Shown here one piece after another: positions 50,417 through 59,482 of a stretch of 64,000 bases of DNA. The stretch is from assembly GCA_965205945.1 (NCBI GenBank), contig CBDBIB010000001.1:1-64000 (forward strand), written 5' to 3'. Within the stretch, counting starts at the first letter, position 1; the number at the start of each line of letters is the position of its first letter. Under the pieces are notes generated by a model. It ran no database searches. It saw only the letters and a list, made by a program, of their open reading frames with translations, and was not told the origin of the DNA. Both the position numbers and the translations under genes were made by a program. Source of the stretch: Bdellovibrionales bacterium (GTDB lineage Bacteria > Bdellovibrionota > Bdellovibrionia > Bdellovibrionales > UBA1609).

Positions 50417-51691
50417 TTAAAGACCATTTGAGTCATAAAGGATATTTATTTCAGAGTCTTGGGCGGGAATACTTGTACCGTGAAATACAATACTATTTGC
50501 AGATGGATTATAAGTCCAACCATTATCTACGTTCTGAGGTAAAATTGTAGGGGTTATTTCTCCTGGATTTTTAACTGAAACTTGAAGCCTGTTTGGGTTC
50601 ACAGGAATATTTTTTAAAGGAAATTCAACTGTTTTTTCAATGATTATTTGAGCTATATTACTCAAACTTTCTGCAAAGTTGTCACAAATAGAGATTGCAA
50701 TTCCTCCTGATAAATCAGCAAGTGCTATATATCTATATCCTATTTGTGGATCCTTTTGTGACTGTTGATCTTCCATAGCTATATTAGGGCATTGAGCATT
50801 ATTAAATTTTACTATTGCATAAAATGAATAACCATATGTAGGATTTGCTTTTTGTTTAAGAATATTATTGTAATAATTCTCATCTTTAGGATTTTGTATA
50901 CGGTTATTTTCTTCGTTCTGGATTTGATCTTCTTCATCAGAAACTACAATTATCGCTAAGTGAGCATCTGGTCTAGGAAAATTAAACTCTTTGTTTGCTG
51001 GAGTATTTAAAGCAGTTTGAATACTACTTAAACCACTTTCAGCACCAAAACCTCTAGTTCCAACATTTGAATTGACTGCAAAAATATTTTTTACATTATT
51101 GCGAATATAGTCAGCATGACCAATTTCATAGACAGTATTATTTAAAGGATCATCGTACAATTTAAAGTCAATGGTGTTATCAGAACTGTCAATTAAATGA
51201 TACCCTGATCGTGTGTCTTCTGTGTCTTTTGTTAAATCACCATCAACAAATTTAGATGTTACATACCTGTCATATGGAACTTCATTATCTTCATTATTAC
51301 GATACTGGATGGTAAAATCAGTATAAGGACCTGTTTGTGCTGTTATTACTGGATGTTCAGCAGCCTTGGGATCTTTGGCATTATACACTTCACTATATTT
51401 TCCAGTCTCTGTGTAATAAGCATCTGTGGTGATCACAGCTATTCTATAGTCATAACCTTTTCCAATAAAGCTTGTTATAAAAGAATTAAAATTTTCTTTT
51501 AAGGCCTTTTGTTCATCATCCATTGATCTAGAGTTATCAATAACCCATAAAATATCCATTTTAGCTGTGATCTTATTACCTTGCTGTTGAAAAGTGTCTA
51601 ATAATGGAAGTACTGAAATAGAAGGAGGGCCACTACATCCAAGAAATAACGTTATCACAACTAAAATATTTAAAGAGATTTTTTTAATCAT
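50417..51691 (-). CDS. vWA (MIDAS) domain lipoprotein, paralogue C
   Basis: LFLGC, DILWVIDNSRSM, IVVSDEED. Confidence 0.85.
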   Translation of the reverse strand: MIKKISLNILVVITLFLGCSGPPSISVLPLLDTFQQQGNKITAKMDILWVIDNSRSMDDEQKALKENFNSFITSFIGKGYDYRIAVITTDAYYTETGKYSEVYNAKDPKAAEHPVITAQTGPYTDFTIQYRNNEDNEVPYDRYVTSKFVDGDLTKDTEDTRSGYHLIDSSDNTIDFKLYDDPLNNTVYEIGHADYIRNNVKNIFAVNSNVGTRGFGAESGLSSIQTALNTPANKEFNFPRPDAHLAIIVVSDEEDQIQNEENNRIQNPKDENYYNNILKQKANPTYGYSFYAIVKFNNAQCPNIAMEDQQSQKDPQIGYRYIALADLSGGIAISICDNFAESLSNIAQIIIEKTVEFPLKNIPVNPNRLQVSVKNPGEITPTILPQNVDNGWTYNPSANSIVFHGTSIPAQDSEINILYDSNGL

Positions 51692-51697
51692 AGGAGA

Positions 51698-51724
51698 CTA
51701 TCGGCTTGAGTATTTTGAGGTTTA
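51698..51724 (-). promoter_or_regulatory. sigma28/FliA promoter of paralogue C
   Basis: TAAA-15 nt-GCCGATAG (one mismatch to TAAA-N15-GCCGATAA), 6 nt to ATG. Confidence 0.8.
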
Positions 51725-52035
51725 GTTTTATCTAAAAGTTAGACAATTTAAAATACTTTTTATAAGTACTTTAAATTATTATTATTTTTTTAATAGCATT
51801 AAATTCAAACCCAATAAAGCTTAAAAATAAGACATAATTTTCAAAAAGATGTATTATATTTAGGCGAATATTTGTTAAAAATTAAGAAAAGTACTACTAA
51901 AGTGTTATCTGCTATATAAATTAATACGAAAATCCTAGAAGATTTGAGAAATAGGTTTAACTTATCGCATCACCCTCAGAGCTAAAGTCCTGTATAGTTT
52001 TGCTTGGATGGAGAGCAGGACCTTTAAAGAAGTCC

Positions 52036-52065
52036 TTGCGTTTATAAAGTATAGTTTTATACAAT
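52036..52065 (+). promoter_or_regulatory. Candidate sigma70 promoter for a small RNA
   Basis: TTGCGT-18 nt-TACAAT. Confidence 0.5.
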
Positions 52066-52071
52066 TTAATT

Positions 52072-52136
52072 TGTGGGGGGGCGATGTTGACCAAGAGGCC
52101 ACTTAGAAGCAGGATGCTTCACATCGCCTTTTTTTT
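52072..52136 (+). ncRNA. Candidate structured small RNA ending in an intrinsic terminator
   Basis: GC-rich island; GGCGATGT/ACATCGCC closing stem followed by T8; internal GAAGCA-GGA-TGCTTC hairpin; upstream promoter-like sequence. Confidence 0.5.
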
Positions 52137-52151
52137 ATGTGTAACAAAAAC

Positions 52152-52784
52152 CTAGATTTTACATTTAATAAGATCTTCTAGTTTATCAACATTAGCTATT
52201 TTTAAGAGTTCTTTTCTAACTTTAGCAATGTTTTTAGAATCTGTAAGGTCAACATTTTTTAAAGATTCTTGCATTTTAGTAATATTTTTAAAAGAGGTTT
52301 CTTTACCAGTTTTAACAGCTTCACTAATAAGCTTTAAAATTACTTCATTTGCTTGGATTAACTCGAAGGCCTCTTTAGATAAAACAGTCTTACTGCCAGC
52401 TTTAGCTTTTGTCATTGCACCATTAAATTTTTCTAAGGAATTTGATACTTCCTTAAGAGCAGATTCAATTTTAGGTTTTAAAAGAATAACTCTTACCTCG
52501 TCAACTCCCAGGGTTTTTCCCAAGTTTTCTAAGGATTTAGAAAATTCTGAGGCTTTATTATTACTTGAAAACGCCACATCTGCTTTTACAGCACTTTTAA
52601 AAATATTATTTGCTGATATTAAAGCAGTCTTAAAATCTCTTTTTGCATTTTCAGTAAGCTTTGTTGCTTCATTTTTAGTTTTATCTGCGTTTAAATTTTT
52701 ATTAGCACGATTACCTCTTCCAGCAAAAGATGTTGTTGCAAATCCAATTATAAACATAGCTATTAAAGTCCTGTTGTATTTCAT
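52152..52784 (-). CDS. Hypothetical secreted alpha-helical protein
   Basis: AGGAG RBS, signal peptide ending SFA, Lys/Ala-rich. Confidence 0.8.
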   Translation of the reverse strand: MKYNRTLIAMFIIGFATTSFAGRGNRANKNLNADKTKNEATKLTENAKRDFKTALISANNIFKSAVKADVAFSSNNKASEFSKSLENLGKTLGVDEVRVILLKPKIESALKEVSNSLEKFNGAMTKAKAGSKTVLSKEAFELIQANEVILKLISEAVKTGKETSFKNITKMQESLKNVDLTDSKNIAKVRKELLKIANVDKLEDLIKCKI

Positions 52785-52852
52785 TTTAAGTGGCTCCTAT
52801 TAGTTAGGTTAAGTATTAAAGGTAATGTTTTATTTATAAAATTCTGCCGAGT

Positions 52853-55800
52853 CTATAGGTTTGAAATATCAGCAAGTCCAGCTTGTGGCAAGAGTTCAAA
52901 AGCTTCAATGTATTTATTATAAAAATCATTTATATCATGTACACCAAGACGAAGAAGATCTATGAGTTCAGAAAGTACGTCTGTATTTTTTATACTCGAT
53001 TTTTTAATTATGGCTTCAATAGAATCAATTTCTTTAAGGGTAGCTAAAAGAGTTTTTTTAAACTGCACCTTTTTCTTATCATCTATAAGTACAGTATTTT
53101 GAATATATAAGCTATAATGATCTCGTATAGATCTTTGAATTGCATCTCTGTAGCGACGTATTTGAGCTCCATCACCGGAAGCATCCATTAAAATAAAGGC
53201 CCCGGGTTTTCCTGCTTCAAACTCAAATATCTTAAAAAGTCTACCTATTAAATCTTTATTAGCCTTATTAAAATCCTTGTCTGAATAATTAATAAAACTA
53301 TCATGAGAATTAGGAAAACTAAACTGTTTATGGTTTTTAATAATGGCTGTATTTAGCCTTGTTATTATATCCTCTACAAAAGCTTTTGATTCTTTAATTT
53401 CTCCAGGGTTATATGAGAGTTGCACTAAAAGCTCTGACAAGGTTTTTAAAGTGATCTTTATTTGTTCATCTAGTTCTTTTTCTAGTACTACTTCTTCATT
53501 TATTTTGTGGAAAGAGAAAAAGATATTTCTTATAAGATCTAAATAAAATCTAGATCTAGTTAATGTCTGAATATCGTAACTTTTAGACGTTAAATCGTTA
53601 CTATATCTTTTAAATTGAGTTCCTCTTGTTTGAAGATTAAAATGATTATTTTTTATTTTCTGAACTGGTTTAAATTTTAATTCAGAAGTTTTTAATAACA
53701 GCTCCTGAGCAGCTTTAGAAATAGCATACTCAAGCTCGTCAGCCTCTATGTAAGCATTTAAATGAACAGCATTGTGGTTTAAAATTTCTTTTTCAATCAT
53801 TTCTTTATATTCAACAATAAGGTTTAAATGAGATTGCATTGCTTTTTTTTGAACATTTTTAAGCCACCAAATATTTAAATCATGTTTAACAAAAGATTTT
53901 AAGGGTACTTTTGGGTTTAAAAGAAAGTGGAGACCTGAATACTCGTTTTCTATAAGAGGTGTATTATCTTTAGAATATATTGAATAAAGAGTATGTTTAG
54001 ATACGGCATGATTTTCACTTTTATTTTCTACACTTTCAGTAATTAGATCTCTGACTTCAAATGTAAAATGCATTGACTCTTTTATAGAAGGGTCTAAATT
54101 TTTAAAGCGATATCCTTTTTTAGTTATGGTATTTTCTTTCGTAGTTTTTTGATTTATAAATTTATGTAACTTTTTTAATTTAGAAGTGTATTTAATAACT
54201 TGACCTAATGAAACAGAATGAGCACTTACCACTGCTCTATCATTTAAGAACTGAGCACTTTCTTTAATATCATTAATCATCTCTAACAAAGTGGTATAAT
54301 CTTTATGAGTTGTTGGAATTTTACTTTTAAAATCAGCTCTTAATTGTTCAATCTTTTCCATATCTACAAAATAATCTGATTTATATTTATTTTGAAATAA
54401 AGGAAAAATATTCTTAGGGTTTTTACAATTAAAATCTACTTTAGTTCTATCAATTATCCCTGCTGGTATAAATTCTATAGAATAGGTCTTTTCATCTTTA
54501 ATACTAAAATTTTGATCCCCACAAATAGACTTTAAAACTACCCAATCAAATACTGTATTGCTGTTAAGTTTTTCTTTAAAAAATTTTTCTCCTTGATTAT
54601 CTGAATAAGATATTTGATTTAATGCCTCATAAAAAGATGCAGCTTCACTTTTATTAGCATAAAACTTACTTAAAATATCCTTACTCGTTATATTGGCTTC
54701 AATAAAACTATCAATTTCATACCAATATCTATTCAGATTCTGTGTAATTCCTCTAGGATCAGAGATAGAGTTGTATTTAAGAAAAGATTTTCGAAAATCT
54801 TTTCTTAAATTAAAATACCCTTTAATATCAAATGATTTTTGGTTATCATTAAAAAGAAGGTTAAATCTATTAATCCAAACTTTAATTTTTTTAACTTTTT
54901 CTTCTTGTATGTGATAAGTTCTTGAAGATAAAAATTTTTGGTTTTTAATCAAAGCTTCTTTATTAGCAATTGATTTATTTAAAATTTTTTTCAAAGTTTT
55001 AAGCTTATTATAGTCAATCTCTAGTGGTTTTGTATAACCTTTTGATCTTGCACGATTAACATAACTATAAAGCTTACTTGTTCCTTCATAAGCTGCATAA
55101 AGATGAGCGGCTTTTCTATGAAACATAGGGGTGTTTTCTTCATTTAAAGGCCTTAAATGACTTTTTGCTTGAGACTCTTTTAATTGAGAATCTAGATTTC
55201 TTAATGTGCTTATAAAATCAGATTTTAAAGATTCATCTTGAAGAGAATTCCAAAAGCTTTTTTCATGATTTTTTATAGTTGTTAAAAGAGTTTTTATTTT
55301 TTTTCTTGCATAAATTTTATTATGGACAATATCATACCAAGGAGTCATGATCTTATTTCTAAAAAATTCTTCAAAAGCTACAAAATATACAGCATGAGAA
55401 AATGTTTGTTTTACAGATTTTCCAAAAGAAAAAACAGCTTTAAGAGCTCCCCCTGGAACGAATGTAAAACCTAATAGAAAAGCTTTTGAACCTACTAGAC
55501 GAATTGTTTTTCCTAAAACTGGTCCAAAAATTTTAGACATTGTTGTTTGAGCTAAAAAAGCTGCAAATGCTGCTGACAACATATTACCTGTGGCTCCTAA
55601 AAACTCAAGCCACTTTTCATCACTAAGCATATAGTTTTTAAAAGATTTACATTCTGTCGATTCTAAACCTAAACCTAATTTAAATCTATTTAAACAAGGC
55701 TTAGACTGCACAATAAAATCTATTAAAAGGTCTTGAGTCATTGAACCTACAGCCATTCCAAGATATCCATACATCATTTTAGCAGATAACCCTGTATTTT

Positions 55801-56449
55801 GAATATATTTGCGAACTCGAATCTTTCTTTCATCTAAATTTAATCCATTTTTTAATCCTAATCGCTCTATTTGCTTAATATGAAAGTTATTTAATCGCCC
55901 ACTAGTTTGTGCACTTGCAACCATAAAAGCATAAAACCCGGCGATACCTAAGGGGTCAGTTAATAAACCTATAAGGGTATCTTCTCCACAAGAAGGGGAG
56001 GATGGATTATGTGGTTTGTATATAGGTATATTAAATGGATTAAATCCACCGCACTGTATTGCTGTAACTAAGTGAATTGCTAAGGCAAAGGCAACGTGTG
56101 TTGAAGGAAATGTTCTAGCTTGTGAAACAAGTGTCGTCCCTATATTTACATTTTGGCGGTAAGCACTTTGAACTTGCTTCATTGTTGCTTTATTCCAAGG
56201 TATCATTTTAAATTCGCCTGTTAATTTTTTATTTCTTATTACAGGGACTGGGATTAGATCTTTAGGATCATTGAAATGTTTTAGAACTGTATTAAATTCA
56301 GAGTCCGGCATTTCTTTTGCTAGGCTTTCATCTTCACTACTAAGTGTACGATTTTGAATATGGGTTTGTGAAAAATTATTAATAACAAAGTACAGTAGAA
56401 AAATACAAAAACATAAACTACTTACAGCTTTAAATTTAGAACTATTCAT
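52853..56449 (-). CDS. Large hypothetical membrane-associated protein (1198 aa)
   Basis: Long ORF, signal peptide, Gly/Ala-rich hydrophobic segments in the N-terminal third. Confidence 0.8.
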   Translation of the reverse strand: MNSSKFKAVSSLCFCIFLLYFVINNFSQTHIQNRTLSSEDESLAKEMPDSEFNTVLKHFNDPKDLIPVPVIRNKKLTGEFKMIPWNKATMKQVQSAYRQNVNIGTTLVSQARTFPSTHVAFALAIHLVTAIQCGGFNPFNIPIYKPHNPSSPSCGEDTLIGLLTDPLGIAGFYAFMVASAQTSGRLNNFHIKQIERLGLKNGLNLDERKIRVRKYIQNTGLSAKMMYGYLGMAVGSMTQDLLIDFIVQSKPCLNRFKLGLGLESTECKSFKNYMLSDEKWLEFLGATGNMLSAAFAAFLAQTTMSKIFGPVLGKTIRLVGSKAFLLGFTFVPGGALKAVFSFGKSVKQTFSHAVYFVAFEEFFRNKIMTPWYDIVHNKIYARKKIKTLLTTIKNHEKSFWNSLQDESLKSDFISTLRNLDSQLKESQAKSHLRPLNEENTPMFHRKAAHLYAAYEGTSKLYSYVNRARSKGYTKPLEIDYNKLKTLKKILNKSIANKEALIKNQKFLSSRTYHIQEEKVKKIKVWINRFNLLFNDNQKSFDIKGYFNLRKDFRKSFLKYNSISDPRGITQNLNRYWYEIDSFIEANITSKDILSKFYANKSEAASFYEALNQISYSDNQGEKFFKEKLNSNTVFDWVVLKSICGDQNFSIKDEKTYSIEFIPAGIIDRTKVDFNCKNPKNIFPLFQNKYKSDYFVDMEKIEQLRADFKSKIPTTHKDYTTLLEMINDIKESAQFLNDRAVVSAHSVSLGQVIKYTSKLKKLHKFINQKTTKENTITKKGYRFKNLDPSIKESMHFTFEVRDLITESVENKSENHAVSKHTLYSIYSKDNTPLIENEYSGLHFLLNPKVPLKSFVKHDLNIWWLKNVQKKAMQSHLNLIVEYKEMIEKEILNHNAVHLNAYIEADELEYAISKAAQELLLKTSELKFKPVQKIKNNHFNLQTRGTQFKRYSNDLTSKSYDIQTLTRSRFYLDLIRNIFFSFHKINEEVVLEKELDEQIKITLKTLSELLVQLSYNPGEIKESKAFVEDIITRLNTAIIKNHKQFSFPNSHDSFINYSDKDFNKANKDLIGRLFKIFEFEAGKPGAFILMDASGDGAQIRRYRDAIQRSIRDHYSLYIQNTVLIDDKKKVQFKKTLLATLKEIDSIEAIIKKSSIKNTDVLSELIDLLRLGVHDINDFYNKYIEAFELLPQAGLADISNL

Positions 56450-56558
56450 AGTTTAATTATTTCGGATTTAATATAGATTAAAGCAAATAAATCTCATTTT
56501 GATAATCTAGGCAAAAATCTAGGTGATATCTTTAGTTAAAAATCTTAAAATACTGTTT

Positions 56559-56822
56559 ATGGAGGTTTTTAATTACTTTTGGTTTTTTTTATATGGTCTT
56601 ATTGCAGGAGTTTTAGCAAAAACCCTTGCCCCTGAAAGAGATCAAGGAGGGTTTATTTTTACATCTATCCTAGGGATTCTAGGCTCTATTCTAGGGGGTT
56701 TTATTTTTTCTTTTTTTGGGTGGACTTTTGAAAAAGGCTTTTCTTTTAGTGGTCTTATCCCTGCCTTTATAGGCTCAATTGTAATTCTTATTTTTTATAA
56801 AATAATTACTAAATTATTATAA
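56559..56822 (+). CDS. GlsB/YeaQ/YmgE (transglycosylase-associated) small membrane protein
   Basis: GLIAGVLAK.L.P.RDQGG...TSILGILGSILGG...AFIGSIVIL. Confidence 0.88.
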   Translation: MEVFNYFWFFLYGLIAGVLAKTLAPERDQGGFIFTSILGILGSILGGFIFSFFGWTFEKGFSFSGLIPAFIGSIVILIFYKIITKLL

Positions 56823-56981
56823 TTTTAAAAAATATTATTTTTAAATTTTTAACAATATGATCTAAATATAATATAATATAATATAATTAATAAAAATCTA
56901 TGTCTAAATTTGAAATGTTATTTTAGTTAAATTTAATAATTTTTAAGTATTTAAAGAAAGTGCTTTAATTTTTATATTAAT

Positions 56982-57008
56982 TAAGCTTTAAAAGACTCAA
57001 ACCGATAA
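56982..57008 (+). promoter_or_regulatory. sigma28/FliA-type promoter of paralogue D
   Basis: TAAG-15 nt-ACCGATAA-6 nt-ATG. Confidence 0.72.
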
Positions 57009-57014
57009 TTCAGT

Positions 57015-58283
57015 ATGATTAAGAAAGTACGAATAAATATTTTAGTAGTGATAGTCTTACTTCTTGGCTGTAGTGAGCCTCCTTCTTTTTCAGTGTTTCC
57101 GTCAATAGATATTTTTTATCAAACACAAGAAAATAAAGCTACAGCTAAAATAGATATTTTATGGGTTATTGATAACTCTGGATCAATGGAGGATGATCAA
57201 CAACACTTAAGAGAAAATTTTAATTCTTTTATAACAGACTTTATTAAAAAGGGTTATGATTACAGAATAGCTGTGATCACCACAGATGCTTATTATACGG
57301 ATCCTCAAACAGAGTCTATATATAGTCAAGAAAGAATGGGCCCTTATATGGATTTTATAAATATAGATGGGAACGGAGAGTTCCTCCGGTATTTGACATC
57401 TAAATTTGTTGATGGTGATTTAACAAAAAGCTGCAAGCAATTTTTTAGTAATAATGATTTTACAGCCGATTGCCGCCAAGTCACAGAAGAACATATACTG
57501 TCAGGATACCATTTAATCGACAGTTCTGATGACATCATTGACTTTAAATTGTATGATGATCCTTTAAATACTGTTTATGAAATTGGTCATGCTGACTACA
57601 TTCCCAATAATATAAAAAATATTTTTGCCATCAATTCAAACGTTGGAATAGTGGGTTCTCCTTATGAAAGTGGTTTAAAAAGCATTCATACGGCTTTAAA
57701 TACCTCAGCAAACAAAAAGTTTAACTTTCCTAGATCAGATGCTCATTTAGCGATAATTATAGTTTCTGATGAAGAAGATCAAATTGAAGGAAGTCTTCAG
57801 CCTAATGGATCGCCAGCAGAAGTAATAAACAATGTTCCTGTAAAAGATTATCACGATTTTTTTACAAAACTTGTAAGTCCCATATACGGCTATTCGTTTC
57901 ATACAATAGCAAAAATTGACGAAACCTGTGGTAAAGCATTTGGTCCAAATGACGGAATAGGAACAAGGTATATAGAGCTTTCTAACTTATCAGGAGGAGT
58001 TAAGAGCTCTATTTGTGGGGATTTTTCAGAAAGTTTGAGTAATATAGCTAAAACAATCATTGAAAAAACAGTTGGGTTTTTTTTAACAAATGTCCCTGCA
58101 GAGTCAAATAGGCTTCAAGTTTCAATTAAAAGCCCAGGAAAAATAATCCCTACAATTTTACCTCAAGATATAAACAATGGTTGGACTTATAATCCATCTG
58201 CAAATAGTATTGTTTTTCATGGTACGGGCATACCTGTTCAAGGCTCTAAAATAACTGTCCTTTATGAACCAGCCTTTTTTTAG
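57015..58283 (+). CDS. vWA (MIDAS) domain lipoprotein, paralogue D (inverted relative to A-C)
   Basis: LLLGC, DILWVIDNSGSM, IIVSDEED. Confidence 0.85.
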   Translation: MIKKVRINILVVIVLLLGCSEPPSFSVFPSIDIFYQTQENKATAKIDILWVIDNSGSMEDDQQHLRENFNSFITDFIKKGYDYRIAVITTDAYYTDPQTESIYSQERMGPYMDFINIDGNGEFLRYLTSKFVDGDLTKSCKQFFSNNDFTADCRQVTEEHILSGYHLIDSSDDIIDFKLYDDPLNTVYEIGHADYIPNNIKNIFAINSNVGIVGSPYESGLKSIHTALNTSANKKFNFPRSDAHLAIIIVSDEEDQIEGSLQPNGSPAEVINNVPVKDYHDFFTKLVSPIYGYSFHTIAKIDETCGKAFGPNDGIGTRYIELSNLSGGVKSSICGDFSESLSNIAKTIIEKTVGFFLTNVPAESNRLQVSIKSPGKIIPTILPQDINNGWTYNPSANSIVFHGTGIPVQGSKITVLYEPAFF

Positions 58284-59482
58284 AACTTAAAAGCCATAAA
58301 ATGAATCTATTGCAGTGGGCTTTTCGTGTTTTATGTCATCCACAATAGTATATCGATTTCGGAACTGATTTCCTGCGGTTTGCATTTGGGTAAAGGTATT
58401 TAGTTGATTACTCATTAAAATTAAATATGGAAAAAATAAGTTTGTACTACTTTTTCATAAACTTTTACTGAGAAAAAGATATATTGTTGAGATTGTATTA
58501 ACTGGGTATTGTTTGCGTCCTTTTAAACCGGTAGTATGTATAAATTTTAAAGTGTAGTGTTTTTAAATAAAATGCTGATAAGGTATATTATGTTACAACT
58601 TAGAAATTATTTAATTTAAATCCTAAAACTCATATCTTTTATTCTAAGGTTAATATCCTTATCACCAAGCTTTATTAAACTAATCAAGCTTCTCCTAGAC
58701 CCTCGTTTTATCTTTTTTCAATAATATTAATTTTGTTTTTTAAATATGAGTTTAGAAATTTTTAATCTGCCCAAAGCTTCTCAAGATCTGGTTCAAATAA
58801 AATTCACCCTCCACCAGGACCATTTTCTCCTAGGTGATAAGGTGGAAGAATAATAGACCCTATTGTCGAACTTGCATTAGCATGCTTAGGAGCAGGCCTT
58901 AAATAGGGTATACCTATAGGAAAAACTCTTCTTTTAGAGGCTCTCCAAGCTTATTGTCATTACCAAGGGAAACTGTCACCTCTAAAAATAGTAATAACTC
59001 TAAACTAGGTTTTATTTCTCCTTTCCAAGAAGCTTATTTACTTGGAACTCGTTGTAATTAACCCGAATTTGAACTTTTTAAATCTGCTGTAACATTCTAT
59101 TTTTGTGGGTTTTTGAATATGGATTGATGGTTTAAAAGGGCACAGACAATATACTGTTAATACTGACAAAACAGTCTTAACAATATATCTTATTCCTCAG
59201 TAACAGTTTATCAAATAGGTGATCTTCTTCGGGTTATCTTACAACAGATTTGTAGAAATTAGGAAATCTTTAAACACCTTATTTTTTTGTTTTTCTACAT
59301 CTGCTTATACAATCAAATCTTTGCATTGAAATATTCGTTATAGAGACTCTTAGCCTCATTGTTATTTATAATAATAAAATTAATTGCCATAAAACCTTTA
59401 GTGAGCTTGTTAAAAAAGGGTACTGTCTTACATAAAGCAGATCTCTTAAAGTAAGCTCTTCTATTCATCAAAAAAAAATAAA

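Noticed and set aside
52072..52136. Canonical SRP RNA, tRNA, 6S, RNase P or glycine riboswitch
   Set aside because: Lacks the SRP GNRA-capped helix, a cloverleaf and the other hallmark motifs; kept only as an unknown candidate sRNA
52228..52803. 191-aa + strand ORF
   Set aside because: Antisense to a gene that has an RBS and signal peptide
56461..56490. FliA promoter for the 1198-aa gene
   Set aside because: TCCGAAAT -10-like box present but no -35 at 15 nt, and spacing to ATG differs
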